A stretch of DNA of 64,000 bases, from positions 108,340 to 172,339 of the forward strand of contig JBBRLQ010000003.1 of assembly GCA_038231275.1 (NCBI GenBank). The letters run 5' to 3'. Shown piece by piece: positions 9,248 to 22,480 of this stretch; position 1 is the first letter of the stretch; the number at the start of each line of letters is the position of its first letter. The notes beneath the pieces were generated by a model. It made no database searches, was not told the DNA's origin, and worked only from the letters and a program-made list of their open reading frames with translations. Source of the stretch: Polyangiales bacterium. Lineage in GTDB: Bacteria > Myxococcota_A > Polyangia > Polyangiales > Polyangiaceae. Position numbers and translations under genes: made by a program.

Positions 9248-11287
9248 ATGGCTCGACGCCGACCTTTGCCTTCTTCGCTGCCGTTCCTCCCTCTCTCCTT
9301 CGCGCTCGTCCTCGCGATCCTGGTCGCGTGCGGCTCGTCGGGCAAGGACGGGTTCGGTCCGCCGTTCTCGGATCCGGACGCGTCGGGCGACGGAAGCAGC
9401 AGCGGCTCGAGCGGATCGCTCTTCGGCGACGGGGGTGACAAGGCCGTCGTGTCGCTCACCATCGATCCTCCGCAAGCCACTCTGGCCGTCGACCTCGGTA
9501 CCCCGGCGACGCAGCAGTTCAAGCTCGTAGGGCACTTCGCCGATGGCACCACGGGCACCGTCACCGAGGCGCTCCCGTGGTCCGCGACGAACCTGCAGGT
9601 CGGAACGATCGCCGGCACGGGGATCTACACGTCGACCGGGACGCTCGGCGGAGTCGTCACGATCGGCGCGACCTACAAGGGGCAGAAGGCGAGCGCGCAG
9701 CTCATCGTGAAGCTCCACGTCGTCGAAAACCCCGGCGCGGTCGACCCCGGGAGCCAGGGCACGCTCAAGGGCGCAGGCACGCCCGATCCGACCGTGAAGT
9801 GGGCCTATCCCTACGACGCGACGGTCTTCCCCCGGGGCCTCGCATCGCCGCTGATGCAATGGAACGGCTCTGGCGCCGACGATCTCTATTACGTGCACAT
9901 CCAGAGCGCGACGTTCGAGCTCGAGTCGTTCACGAAGGCGCCCGCGCCGTCGCGCTACGCCTTCGCGCCGGGGACCTGGGACAAGTTCGTCGGCTCTTCG
10001 TCGGGCGCGACGACTCTCCAAGTAAATAGACTCGCCACCGGCGTCGCGACGGTCGTCGCGAAGCATGCCTGGACGATCGCGCCGGCGTCCGTGCGCGGCA
10101 CCATCTACTACTGGGCCAACAACCTCGGCCGCGTCATGCGCATCAAGCCGGGCGCCAGCGCTCCCGACGATTTCAGCGCAGCGACGATCAGCGGCCCCGG
10201 CGGGTGCACGATGACGTGCCACACCGTATCGGCCGATGGCTCCACGATCGTGAGCGGCGGAGACGTCTTCGGCGGCTCGTACAATCTGCTCACGAACACG
10301 ATCATCCACGACATCGGCGGGTCTCCCGGCGACGCGCAGAAACGCAGCTGGTCGAACCCCGCTGTCTCGCCGAACGGCAAATACCTCGTCGAAAATTCTT
10401 CGGCCTTGCCCGGGCCGCCCGGCGCAGCCGACGGCCTCTGGAGCACCGCGGACGGCTCGCGCGTCCCGAACAGCGGGCTCGACGGCACCCAGCTCGGCAT
10501 GCCCAACTTCGCGCCCGACGGGACGAAGCTCGCGTACGTGGGCGTGAGCGGCGCAGGCGTCGTCAACTCGCTCAACGTCTTCGACTTCACCCTCGCCACG
10601 CCCAAAGCAGGCACGACGATCGAGCTCGTACCGCAGGGAGCCGGCGCCGCGATCGCGTGGCCGACGGTCAGTCCCGACGCCAAGTGGATCGTCTACCAGC
10701 GCGGCTCGCTCGACACGCGCTACGGCCCCGGCGATCTCTACGTCGCGAGCGCCGTCACTCCGAACCAGGGGACGCGCCTCGCGAAGCTCGACGGCGACGG
10801 CTACCCGTTCGCCGCAGCGAGCCCACGCGATCTTTCCTTCAACTACGAACCCACGTTCGCGCCGGTCCCGTCGGGTGGCTATTTCTGGGTCGTCTTCACG
10901 AGCCGCCGCACCTACGGCAACACGCTCGAGGGAGCCTCGTCGGCGACGAAGCAGCTCTGGGTCGCGGCGATCGATCTGAGCCCGACCGCAGGAAAGGACC
11001 CGAGCCACCCGCCGTTCCTCTTGCCGGGGCAGGATCAGACGTCGCTCAACATGCGCGGCTTCTGGGCGCTCGATCCCTGCAGGGCAGAGGGGCAAGGCTG
11101 CGCGACCGGGACCGAATGCTGCGGCGGCTTTTGCGACGGCACCGGCCCCGACGGCGGTCTCGTCTGCAAGGCCGGCGGCACCTGCGCGGGCGACGGGGAC
11201 CACTGCGACCAGGCGACGGACTGCTGCAACGTCGGCGGCGGGTCGACCTGCATCAACCACGTCTGCGCCGAGCCGACGCCCAAGTAG
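9248..11287 (+). CDS. secreted lipoprotein with Ig-like (Big_2-type) domain, TolB/PD40-like beta-propeller region and C-terminal Cys-rich module
   Basis: The signal peptide has a lipobox (LAILVAC). A Big_2-like segment reads TIDPPQATLAVDLGTPATQQFKLVGHFADGT. PD40-like repeats include SPNGKYLV, APDGTKLAYV and SPDAKWIVY. The Cys-rich tail reads CATGTECCGGFCDG...CDQATDCCN. The track ORF from 8876 overlaps the previous gene in another frame. Confidence 0.8.
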   Translation: MARRRPLPSSLPFLPLSFALVLAILVACGSSGKDGFGPPFSDPDASGDGSSSGSSGSLFGDGGDKAVVSLTIDPPQATLAVDLGTPATQQFKLVGHFADGTTGTVTEALPWSATNLQVGTIAGTGIYTSTGTLGGVVTIGATYKGQKASAQLIVKLHVVENPGAVDPGSQGTLKGAGTPDPTVKWAYPYDATVFPRGLASPLMQWNGSGADDLYYVHIQSATFELESFTKAPAPSRYAFAPGTWDKFVGSSSGATTLQVNRLATGVATVVAKHAWTIAPASVRGTIYYWANNLGRVMRIKPGASAPDDFSAATISGPGGCTMTCHTVSADGSTIVSGGDVFGGSYNLLTNTIIHDIGGSPGDAQKRSWSNPAVSPNGKYLVENSSALPGPPGAADGLWSTADGSRVPNSGLDGTQLGMPNFAPDGTKLAYVGVSGAGVVNSLNVFDFTLATPKAGTTIELVPQGAGAAIAWPTVSPDAKWIVYQRGSLDTRYGPGDLYVASAVTPNQGTRLAKLDGDGYPFAAASPRDLSFNYEPTFAPVPSGGYFWVVFTSRRTYGNTLEGASSATKQLWVAAIDLSPTAGKDPSHPPFLLPGQDQTSLNMRGFWALDPCRAEGQGCATGTECCGGFCDGTGPDGGLVCKAGGTCAGDGDHCDQATDCCNVGGGSTCINHVCAEPTPK

Positions 11288-11366
11288 ACCCGACGCTGGC
11301 CGCGCGGCGGATCCTGCCCTACATGGAGGTCAAAACCTCCCTCTGACGCGCTAGGATGCCTCCGCC

Positions 11367-14036
<2,670 letters not shown>

Positions 14037-14037
14037 G

Positions 14038-14652
14038 TTACTTGCCCGTCTGAACGGCGAGCGCGGCGCGGTAGCCTTTGACCGCCTGCGTCGCCGTCGG
14101 TGCATCCAAAAATGTGCAGAGCAGCGGCAGATCGAGCCCTGGAAGCGCCTCGGTGACGTCTGTGCGCACGTAGTCCTCGCCGCGCAGGATGAAGATCTGG
14201 ACGGCGTCTTTCTTCCAGTACCAAACCTCGCGGACACCGAGGCGCCGGTAGATCTCGAGCTTGTTCAGGCCGCCGCTCGTCCACACGACCTCGATGACGA
14301 GATCAGGCACTTTGCGAGTCTGATCGAGCCCAACCAAGTAGCACTCGTCCGGCTCGACGCCGGCTTTCTTCAATCGCCTCTTGAGGGTCCACGAGCCATA
14401 AGGAGAGAGCTCGACGTCTCGCTCGAGCGCGAAGGTCTCGATGAGCATGCCGAGGTACGACTTGATGCCCTCGTGGTTCTTCGAAGGGCTCATGAGCTCC
14501 ACCGTGCCGTCCAGGTAGGAAATTCGCGGGTTCGACTTCTCGCCCCGGATCTCCATCAGCTGCTCGTATCCCTCCCACGTCGTCTGAAGGAGGATGCGCT
14601 GGTCGGCCGTCGGAACGAACTCGCCCGGCGGGATGGTGCCCTCGAAGGACAT
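14038..14652 (-). CDS. Uma2-family (DUF820) putative endonuclease
   Basis: It has the typical Uma2 layout, including EYEQLMEIRGEKSNPRISYLDGTVELMSPS and the PDLVIEVVWTS motif. Only the last 204 codons of the 779-aa track ORF look like a real protein. Its stop lies 1 nt from the acnA stop (convergent). Confidence 0.8.
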   Translation of the reverse strand: MSFEGTIPPGEFVPTADQRILLQTTWEGYEQLMEIRGEKSNPRISYLDGTVELMSPSKNHEGIKSYLGMLIETFALERDVELSPYGSWTLKRRLKKAGVEPDECYLVGLDQTRKVPDLVIEVVWTSGGLNKLEIYRRLGVREVWYWKKDAVQIFILRGEDYVRTDVTEALPGLDLPLLCTFLDAPTATQAVKGYRAALAVQTGK

Positions 14653-14811
14653 GCGAATGAGCCTAGCAGAGGAGGGGAGAGGCGGAGGCATCACGGCGGC
14701 CCGTCGCAACCCGCGTGCCGCTCGGGGAACGCTAAATTCGTGCGGATCCAGGAAAGGGGAGGGCGTCCCGGACGGTTTCGCGGGTGTCCGCGGACGCGCT
14801 AGGCTCGCGCC

Positions 14812-15444
14812 ATGGAGCTCCCCGAGGGAACCATCCCCATCGCGTCCGAGGCGGAGCTGCGTGAGTTGCTCGGGCCGCCGTTGGTTCGTGCGGCGACCAA
14901 GGATCGGAGGAAGCTGCATGCGATGGATCGCGTGTGGCTGGCGCGGTCGCCGTTTTGTTTGATCGCGACGGCCGGCGCAGATGGGACGTGCGACGTCTCG
15001 CCGAAGGGGGACCCTGCGGGGTTCGTGCACGTGCTCGACGACGTCACGATCGTCATCCCCGATCGCCCGGGAAACAAGCGCGCGGACGGGTTTCACAACG
15101 TGCTGAAAAATCCGCACGTCGGCCTCGTCTTTCTCGTCCCCGGCCGCACCGACACGCTGCGCATCAACGGCGAGGCGCGCCTCGTCAAGGACGCGCCGTT
15201 CTTCGACGCGATGGTCGTGAAGGGACACCGGCCGGCGCTGGCGCTCGTCGTTCATGTCGAGCAGGTCTTCTTCCATTGCGCGAAGGCGTTCTTGCGCTCG
15301 GGCCTCTGGGAGCACTCGACGTGGACGCCGGCAGCGCTGCCCTCGCGCGCGGAGATCGTGAAGAGCATCGAGGACGTGCCCGAAACGCTCGAAGAGCTCG
15401 AGACCTACTACGGCCCCGACTACGCCAAGCGCCTCTACGGCTGA
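14812..15444 (+). CDS. pyridoxamine 5'-phosphate oxidase-like (PPOX-class) FMN-binding protein
   Basis: PPOX-family pattern is present (SPFCLIATAGADGTCDVSPKGDPAGFV, PDRPGNKRADGFHNVLKNPHVGLVFLVPG). Confidence 0.8.
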   Translation: MELPEGTIPIASEAELRELLGPPLVRAATKDRRKLHAMDRVWLARSPFCLIATAGADGTCDVSPKGDPAGFVHVLDDVTIVIPDRPGNKRADGFHNVLKNPHVGLVFLVPGRTDTLRINGEARLVKDAPFFDAMVVKGHRPALALVVHVEQVFFHCAKAFLRSGLWEHSTWTPAALPSRAEIVKSIEDVPETLEELETYYGPDYAKRLYG

Positions 15445-15869
15445 CGAGCCAGCCTGGCGAGCGCGGCGCGAAGTGGCTCGGGGAAGGGAAGAGGCCGACG
15501 GGTCGCGCGCGCGACCAAGACGTGCGTGAGCTCGCCGGCTGCGAGCGCCTCCTCGCCGCGGAAAATGCCGACGCCGTAGCGGACGCTCGTGGTGCCGAGG
15601 TGCACGACCGACAGGCCGGCGTCGAGATCCTCCGGGTACGACGCCGGCGCGAGGTAACGGCACTCCGACGCGACCATCAAGCCGATCGCGTCGCCGTGGT
15701 GCGGGTCGAGGCCGCCCACGTCGATGAGGTACCGGTTGATGACGGTGTCGAAGTACGAATAGTAGACGACGTTGTTCACGTGTCCGTAGACGTCGTTGTC
15801 CATCCAGCGCGTCTGGATGGGGAGAAAGTACACGTAATCGGCACGGCGCGGCGGCGGGGGGCGGCTCAT
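15435..15869 (-). CDS. hotdog-fold acyl-CoA thioesterase (4HBT/YbgC-like)
   Basis: The motif [18 protein letters not shown] is present. The start ATG overlaps the stop of the upstream dehydrogenase gene (ATGA at 15866-15869). Confidence 0.8.
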   Translation of the reverse strand: MSRPPPPRRADYVYFLPIQTRWMDNDVYGHVNNVVYYSYFDTVINRYLIDVGGLDPHHGDAIGLMVASECRYLAPASYPEDLDAGLSVVHLGTTSVRYGVGIFRGEEALAAGELTHVLVARATRRPLPFPEPLRAALARLARQP

Positions 15870-17176
15870 GGCGCGCCTCCCATCGCGGCCGCGAAGACGC
15901 CGGCGAGGGCCATCTCGTCCACGGTGCGCGGGGCGTTGTCGAGGAGGCGCGTTTGGACGATGGTGCCCGCGACGAGCGCGCCGACGTCGCCGCTCGAGTA
16001 GCCGAGCGCCGTGAGGCCAACGGGAACGTCGGCCGCGCGCATCGCTCGTTCGAGGGCGCCGACGAGCACGGCGCCAGCGTCCGCGGGAGTCGCGCCACGG
16101 ACGTCCTCGCCGAGGAGCGCCGCCGCGTCGAGGTGCCGTTCGGGGCACGCGGCGGCGGTGAAGGCCAGCGCCGCCGGCGCGCTCGTGACGACGGAGACGC
16201 CGTGCGGGACGAGCGCATCGGCGTCGGGATATCCCGGCATACGAAACGACTTCGCCTGCCCCGCGACGGCGTACGCCATCGCGTGCGGGAGGTGCACGCC
16301 GGCGTTTCCGAACGCGAGGCCCGCAAGCGTCGCCGCCCAGAGAAGCGCCTCCCGGGCTTCGGCGTCGTTCGCGTCACGCACGGCCCTCACGAGGTACGCC
16401 CCGCAGAGGCGTAGCGCTTCGCGGCTCCCGAGATCGCTCCACGGGTTTCTCCCCTGGCTCATCGGCCTCGCGCCGGGTGACGCGGGTGCCGCGCGCGCCG
16501 TGAACGCACGCGCCGTGAGCGACTCGATCGCGTGGCAGAGCACGTCGAAGCCGCTCGCCGCAACGACCCCGGGCGGCAACGTCGCTGTCACGTCGGGATC
16601 GATGACGGCGAGCGTGGGACGGAGGCGTCTCGACGCGATGCCGGTCTTCGCATGGAGCGCGACGACGTCGCACACGGCGATCCCGGTAAGCTCACTGCCC
16701 GTGCCCGAGGTCGTGGGGCACGCGACGTGCGGCGGGAGCGCGCCGGGCACTGCGCGGCCTTCGCCGACCGGCTTGTTCACGTATGCGAGGAACTCGGCAG
16801 GGTACGTCGCGTAGAGGAGAGCGGCCTTGCACGTGTCGATCGTCGAGCCGCCGCCCACCGAGACGTAGCCGTCGAAGCGGCCCTCACGGGCGAAGCGGGC
16901 GGCATCTTGGAAAGAGCCGTCCGTCGGCTCGACGCGGACCGCGTCGAAGACCGCGGCGTCGATATGTGCATCTTGCAACGATTTGCGGACGCGCGCGAAG
17001 GACGGGAGCGCCGCGACGCGAGGGTCGGTGAAAACCGCGACGCGCGTGCATCCGAGTCCCGCGACGAGCGGGCCCACTTCCGCGAGGGCGCCGCGGCCGA
17101 AGGTGAGGCTCGACGCGTCGACCGAAAAAATCCCTTCGTGCCCTTCCGCCGGGAGATACCCGTGCGCGCAGCTCAT
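15866..17176 (-). CDS. iron-containing alcohol dehydrogenase family protein (hydroxyacid-oxoacid transhydrogenase-like)
   Basis: It has the Fe-ADH pattern ([11 protein letters not shown] and a conserved His-rich C-terminal half). It is 436 aa. Confidence 0.88.
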   Translation of the reverse strand: MSCAHGYLPAEGHEGIFSVDASSLTFGRGALAEVGPLVAGLGCTRVAVFTDPRVAALPSFARVRKSLQDAHIDAAVFDAVRVEPTDGSFQDAARFAREGRFDGYVSVGGGSTIDTCKAALLYATYPAEFLAYVNKPVGEGRAVPGALPPHVACPTTSGTGSELTGIAVCDVVALHAKTGIASRRLRPTLAVIDPDVTATLPPGVVAASGFDVLCHAIESLTARAFTARAAPASPGARPMSQGRNPWSDLGSREALRLCGAYLVRAVRDANDAEAREALLWAATLAGLAFGNAGVHLPHAMAYAVAGQAKSFRMPGYPDADALVPHGVSVVTSAPAALAFTAAACPERHLDAAALLGEDVRGATPADAGAVLVGALERAMRAADVPVGLTALGYSSGDVGALVAGTIVQTRLLDNAPRTVDEMALAGVFAAAMGGAP

Positions 17177-17206
17177 GCCGCCACTCTAGCAGCGTCTGCC
17201 GCGTGC

Positions 17207-17587
17207 TCAGCCGCCCAGGTCGACACGGATCGGGACGGTCGCGTCGGCCTGGCACCGGCGGCGGCGCGGTCCCATGCAGCGAACCCCGCCGTACCGCCAC
17301 TGCGAAGGCATCCAGTCGAGCCGAGTCCCCGGCGCCGTCGAGCGCGCGCAGACCTTGACGGTCCCGAGCGCCACCGCGAGCGCGCGCGTGTCGCCGGGCC
17401 GAAGCACGCCGTCGAAGACGAGCTTGTTGTCGGAGGAGTCGCAGGGGAGCGTGTCGCCAACCGCGATCTGCACCCGCGTGGTTCCGAGGCCGTAATTGTG
17501 GACGATGACCGGAGTGGGCGCGTCTCCGAGCGCGCCGGACCCGGAGCACGCCAGCGCGAGGGCAAGGGCGAGTGCAGGCCGGCGCAT
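17207..17587 (-). CDS. small secreted lipoprotein, unknown function
   Basis: It has a signal peptide with lipobox (LALALAC). GC-rich third positions match neighbouring genes. I recognise no family. Confidence 0.5.
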   Translation of the reverse strand: MRRPALALALALACSGSGALGDAPTPVIVHNYGLGTTRVQIAVGDTLPCDSSDNKLVFDGVLRPGDTRALAVALGTVKVCARSTAPGTRLDWMPSQWRYGGVRCMGPRRRRCQADATVPIRVDLGG

Positions 17588-17749
17588 GTAGCTTCCCTAA
17601 GCACCTTCCGCACCAAGGTCGGTATTTGTCCTGGAACGCCGCGCGAACGTGCAAATCCGCCCTGAGTGGCGTTGTCCGCGGGCAGCGAAATGGAGGGGCG
17701 CGCCGCCGCAATCTTCGGAACCCGGTGGGGCACGGGTTGTCGTATCGGC

Positions 17750-19741
17750 ATGCGAACCCGCTCGCTCGCCGGCGCCCTGCCGCTCGTTGGTCTCCTCGCG
17801 CTGGCGTCCTCCGCGCGGGGCGACATCGTACAAGGTACGCGCTCCGAGCTGCTGACCGAACGCGCACACACGATCGATCTCAGCCTGTCGCCCGGGCACG
17901 CCGTCTTGCGGGTACGGCGCGTCCTCGACAACCAGGGTCCGCGCCACGACCAGGCGATCATCGACATCGACCTGCCGCAAGGCGCCGTCGCGACGGGCCT
18001 TCGCACGCTGGGATCGCTCAACGGGCAGCCCACATGGTTCGACGCGGAGCTGATGGAGGCCGAGGCCGCCGCCGCGAAGTACAGGGAGCTGACGGGCATC
18101 GGGGGTTGGTACCCGAAGGATCCCGCGCTCCTCTCGTGGCGGAGCCCGACCAACCTGAAGCTCCAGGTCTTTCCGGTCGCGCCGAAGTCCAGGAAGACCG
18201 TCGAGTACACGCTCTCGATGCCGACGGACTACGAGGAAGGGCACGACGTGCTTCACCTCGCGCGACTCGGAACGGAGGCGCGCGCCGCCGACGTCGTGGT
18301 GACCGTCGCGGATCCGCGCGACAAAATCCGGCTCGCCGGCAAGGTGATCCCGTCCGGATCCCACCTCGCCTTCAAGGACGACGCGCCGCTCGACCTGGTC
18401 CTCGAGCGTCACGATCAGCCGCGCCTCGGCGGTGAGGTCGCGGTCGTGCCGTTCGCGTCGCACCGCGTGCTCTCCCACGCGCGCGTCGAGGTCTCCGGTC
18501 GTCTGTCGCAGGCACCTCGCGGCGCGAGCGTCGTCGTCGTGCTCGATGCCTCGCGCTCGCAAGAGGACACGATCGTGGAGGCGCAGCGCGCGGCGGCGGC
18601 GGCGTACCTGTCGAACATGCCCGACGCCACCGTGGAAGTGATCACGTTCGATCGAGCGGTGCACCGCCGCTACGGAGGTTTGGCGCCGGTGGCGACGGCG
18701 ATCGCGGATCTGGAGCGCGCGGCGATCGTGCGCCGAAACGGCAGCGCGATCGATCTCGCGATCGCCGAGGCGGAGTCCGTCCTGCTCGCGTCGCCGCCCG
18801 GTCCCCGGCGTGTCGTCCTGTTCGGCGACCTGCGGACGCGCCTCTCGCTCGATCCCGAGAAGCTCCGCGCCGCGTTCGCCAGGAGCGGCGCGGTGGCCCA
18901 CATCGGTACGGTGTCGAGCGGGGCGCCGTCCTTGTCGCGCACGGACGACGGCGCGTGGGCGGACGTCGCGCGCGCGACTGGCGGCGTGCAATGGTTCGGC
19001 GCGGCGTCGAGCGATCCGGGACTCGTCGGTGAAATGCGCACGGCCTACGAGGAGCTCGCGCGCCCGGTTCGCATCGATCGCTTGACCGTCAAGACGCCGG
19101 GCCTCAACGGGGACGAGCTCGCGCTGCCCGACTCGATTGCGGAGGGCGGCGTCTTCGATCTCACGCGCGTCGATCCGTCGGCGATGAGCGCGCTGGTCCT
19201 GAAGGGCGAGCTGTGGTCGTCGCCCATCCACACGACGATTCAACCCGAACCCGCGAAAAACAAGCTCTGGGCCGCGCTCGTCTTCGGCTCCGGCGTGCTC
19301 GGCGATCTGTCGGAGCCCGAGCAGATGACGCTCGCGAAGCTCGGGCACGCGGTATCGCCGGTGACGAGCCTCCTCGCGATCGAGCCGGGCGTGCGTCCGT
19401 CGACCGAGGGGCTCGAAGAAGGCAGCGGGCAGGGCTTTGGCTCCGGCCACGGGAGCATCGGCTCGTCCCATCACACGCGCTCGCCGCGCCTCACGACGTT
19501 CAATCCCGCAGAGTTCCTGAGGGACGCGCTCTCGCACGCGTGGACGGCGTGCGGCGGCGCCGGCAAGACCGCGACCGTCGCCCTCGAGACCACGCGCGCG
19601 GAGATCGTCGAGATCCAGCACGTCACCGTCGACCCGACGTCGCCGAAGAACGCCGAGTCGTGCTTGCGCGAAGCGACGTGGGCCGTGGAGCTCCCGGACG
19701 GCTTCGACGCCGAGCACCGGAGCTTCTCGGTCGCCCTCTGA
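17750..19741 (+). CDS. secreted VIT + von Willebrand factor A (vWA) domain protein with Cys-pair C-terminal domain
   Basis: It has a signal peptide ([24 protein letters not shown]). The VIT-like N-terminal part includes KDPALLSW and LQVFPV. The vWA domain has a MIDAS-like motif (VVVLDASRS). The start is placed at the internal ATG 17750. Confidence 0.85.
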   Translation: MRTRSLAGALPLVGLLALASSARGDIVQGTRSELLTERAHTIDLSLSPGHAVLRVRRVLDNQGPRHDQAIIDIDLPQGAVATGLRTLGSLNGQPTWFDAELMEAEAAAAKYRELTGIGGWYPKDPALLSWRSPTNLKLQVFPVAPKSRKTVEYTLSMPTDYEEGHDVLHLARLGTEARAADVVVTVADPRDKIRLAGKVIPSGSHLAFKDDAPLDLVLERHDQPRLGGEVAVVPFASHRVLSHARVEVSGRLSQAPRGASVVVVLDASRSQEDTIVEAQRAAAAAYLSNMPDATVEVITFDRAVHRRYGGLAPVATAIADLERAAIVRRNGSAIDLAIAEAESVLLASPPGPRRVVLFGDLRTRLSLDPEKLRAAFARSGAVAHIGTVSSGAPSLSRTDDGAWADVARATGGVQWFGAASSDPGLVGEMRTAYEELARPVRIDRLTVKTPGLNGDELALPDSIAEGGVFDLTRVDPSAMSALVLKGELWSSPIHTTIQPEPAKNKLWAALVFGSGVLGDLSEPEQMTLAKLGHAVSPVTSLLAIEPGVRPSTEGLEEGSGQGFGSGHGSIGSSHHTRSPRLTTFNPAEFLRDALSHAWTACGGAGKTATVALETTRAEIVEIQHVTVDPTSPKNAESCLREATWAVELPDGFDAEHRSFSVAL

Positions 19742-19812
19742 CGTGTCTTGACGGCCTTCAGCGGATCACAGATCGTGGGTCCTCCCTTTTCCCATCCACG
19801 AGGACGTGCCCG

Positions 19813-20142
19813 ATGACGAACGCGCTCCAGATCGACAAGCTCAAGGAAGGCTCCGGCGCCGAGGCCCAGGCCGGCAAGCGCGTCACCGTCCACTACGTCG
19901 GGACGCTGACCAGCGGCGACAAGTTCGACAGCTCGCGCGATCGCGGCAAGGGCTTCAGCTTCAAGCTGGGCGCGGGCGAGGTCATCAAGGGATGGGACCA
20001 AGGCGTCGCCGGCATGAAGGTCGGTGAGATGCGCAAGCTGACGATCCCGTCGGATCTCGCCTACGGCGCGCGCGGATTTCCGCCGGTCATCCCGCCGAAC
20101 GCGACGCTCGTGTTCGAGGTGGAGCTTCTCGAAGTCAGCTGA
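19813..20142 (+). CDS. FKBP-type peptidyl-prolyl cis-trans isomerase
   Basis: Classic FKBP motifs are present ([48 protein letters not shown]). Confidence 0.93.
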   Translation: MTNALQIDKLKEGSGAEAQAGKRVTVHYVGTLTSGDKFDSSRDRGKGFSFKLGAGEVIKGWDQGVAGMKVGEMRKLTIPSDLAYGARGFPPVIPPNATLVFEVELLEVS

Positions 20143-20239
20143 GCGACGAGGCCCGCGACGGCATCGGTGCGCAACACGTTGAAAACGTGAAACTTCTTCG
20201 TGTCGCCCGTTTGGGGGAAGTGCGCGCCGGCGCGGGGCG

Positions 20240-21271
20240 ATGCACCTTGGAGTCATGACCGGGCTCGACGAGGGGGGGATTCGTGCGGTGGGTGGAGAGC
20301 GATGGGGCGGAGGCTCCGTTCGCGGCGATCGCGTGCCGTTCGAGGAGTACGCCGCGGCCCTTGCGGCACGTGAGCTGATTTTGGATGAGACCGGGATCCG
20401 CGCGGCCGGCGGCTCGGTGACCGGCGACGTCGAGCGCGCGTGGGCGATGCTGGCCGAGCACGCGGCGCGCTTTGGCGTCGTGATGACGCCGGGAGATTTC
20501 CAGCGGACCAACCGCGTCCTCGAGTGGGACGATCTGATCATGAGTGACGCGCGCGTCCAAGAAGGCTGGAGCCGCGCGTACCCGACGGCGCTCGCGCGCG
20601 TCGCCGGTTTGCCCGTGGATCAAGAGGCGGGCGCGTCGGCGGTGCGTCACCTCCAAAAGCAGCCGAGCCTCCTCTGGAACGCGTTCGTGCCGCTCGCGCT
20701 CCGCCGTCCTGCGATCACGGGCGAGCTGCGCGCCTTCGCGCTGAAGACTCCGACGCTCGCGCCGCGCACGCCTGCGCCTGCGCGCGGCGAGGACGTCTCG
20801 GTCTTCCCGGGCGAGCGCCTCTCGAACCTCTCCGACTTCGCGCGTCTCCAGCACCGCCTGCAGAGCGGCGACTTCATGGGGACCCTCTACAAGGAGGGCC
20901 TCGATCCCGTGGAGTTCGCGCGCATCTCCGATCGCTGGGCGAAGCGCCTCGCGGGCGATCAGGCCCTCCGCGCCGAGTACGCGATCGTCCTGAAGCGCAC
21001 CGGCGACGTCGCCGCGGTGAAGCACACCGAGCCGCTCCCGCCGCAAGACACGATCGTGTTCCCGGGGCACAAGCTCGCGCGCGTGAGCGATTTCGCGCGC
21101 ATCAGCCGCGCCGCCAAGCGCGGAGACTTCAAGGCCGCGCTCGAGCGCGCCGGCGTCGACGCCGACACGTTCGCGAACCTGTGCGCCCGCTTCAACGCGC
21201 GCATGCAAGTGGACGCCGTCGTCGCGGCCCAGTTCAAGCGCCTCCTTTTGGACGCGCGCATCGACGGCTAG
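20240..21271 (+). CDS. hypothetical protein with an internal ~70-aa tandem duplication
   Basis: The long ORF has genome-typical codon bias. The two repeat copies start VFPGERLSNLSDFARLQ...GDF and VFPGHKLARVSDFARIS...GDF. I recognise no family. Confidence 0.6.
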   Translation: MHLGVMTGLDEGGIRAVGGERWGGGSVRGDRVPFEEYAAALAARELILDETGIRAAGGSVTGDVERAWAMLAEHAARFGVVMTPGDFQRTNRVLEWDDLIMSDARVQEGWSRAYPTALARVAGLPVDQEAGASAVRHLQKQPSLLWNAFVPLALRRPAITGELRAFALKTPTLAPRTPAPARGEDVSVFPGERLSNLSDFARLQHRLQSGDFMGTLYKEGLDPVEFARISDRWAKRLAGDQALRAEYAIVLKRTGDVAAVKHTEPLPPQDTIVFPGHKLARVSDFARISRAAKRGDFKAALERAGVDADTFANLCARFNARMQVDAVVAAQFKRLLLDARIDG

Positions 21272-21282
21272 TCTCTACGGCG

Positions 21283-22467
21283 GTGCTCCGATCGTTCGTC
21301 CGCGCGCTCGCCGCGATGCTGCCGCTCTTGCCCATCGCGTTGGGCGGGTGCTCGCAGCACCTGCTCGTCGACGCGGTGATGGCGAGCGCGTACCGGCCGC
21401 CGCACGGCCCGGCGCGGCAAGGCGGCTACCTGCTCCTCGCGGGCGACACACACTGCCATGTCATGCCGCCTGATTCGCCCGGCCACGTCGATCGAGGTCT
21501 CGCCGAGACCGTCGCGATCGCGAAGGACTAGGGCCTCGACTTCGTGCTCCTCACGCCCCACGTCCGCGCGCGGTTCTTCGCCGATCCCGAGCGACGCGCG
21601 CGCTTCGTGGAGTCGCAGCGCGAGCTCGCCGCCGAGATCGCGCACCAGGATCTCGGGAGCCTCCTCGTCTTGCGCGGCCTCGAGTACACCGACTGGGAGT
21701 ACGGGCACCTCACGATGGGCTTCACGGACGCCGAGGCGGTGCTGGACGCGGTGTCCCTCGAGACGGCGCGCGCGCATCCGGAGGCGTTCTTCGAGACCTG
21801 GCAAGCGCGAGGCGGCGTCTTCGCGATCAACCATCCGGTCCTCACGCCGCTGGCGAATTTTCCCCTGCGCGCCGCGCGAGGCGATCTCTCATGGCGGGCG
21901 TTCGAGACACGCGGACCCTTTCCGCCCGAGATCGATTTCGCGACGCGCCACGCGCAAGGCATCGAGGTCCACAACCTCGCCGTCACCCACATGCGCGATG
22001 GCATCCTCCTCGGCGATGGAGATCGCTCGCTCCGTCACGCGTCGCTCCTGCTCGCGCGCCGCGCTCGACTCGGAGGCCATCGCATCGCGGCGCTCGGCGG
22101 CACCGACAGCCACGCGCACCACCTCCGCGCCGTCACGTGGGTCATGGCGGAGGCGCGCACAGAGGGCGCGATCCGCGACGCGATCGTGGCGGGGCGCACC
22201 TGCGTTCGGAGCCCCGAGGCATGCTCGTTCGAGGCGAGGGCGGAGGGCACGCCTGCATGGCAAGCGCTCGGCGCATCATTGCAAAGTGCACACATTGAGC
22301 TGCGCGCCGCCGCGGCCGCCACGGTTTTCGCCGACGGGATCGCGGTCGCGCGCCTCGAGCCCGGGACCATCGGCCGCGTCGATGTCGATCCCGCGCGCTG
22401 CACCGTCCTGTACGCGCGCGTTGGGGAGGGCCTCTCCTCACCGATTTACGCCGGCTGCCCGTTCTGA
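21283..22467 (+). pseudogene. PHP-domain (polymerase/histidinol phosphatase-like) lipoprotein gene interrupted by an in-frame TAG at 21529-21531
   Basis: Track ORFs 21181-21531 and 21544-22467 are in the same frame. The read-through sequence is ...GDTHCHVMPP...AIAKD*GLDFVLLTPH..., i.e. the first PHP His motif lies before the stop and the GLDF..TPH motif after it. GTG at 21283 gives a signal peptide with lipobox (LPIALGGC). Confidence 0.6.
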
Positions 22468-22480
22468 CACCCTCTCGCGC

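Noticed and set aside
14038-16377. 779-aa minus-strand ORF suggesting one huge protein
   Set aside because: Only the last 204 codons (14038-14652) look like a real protein (Uma2 endonuclease). The remainder is antisense to the PPOX-like gene or out of frame over the minus-strand thioesterase and ADH genes, and is low complexity.
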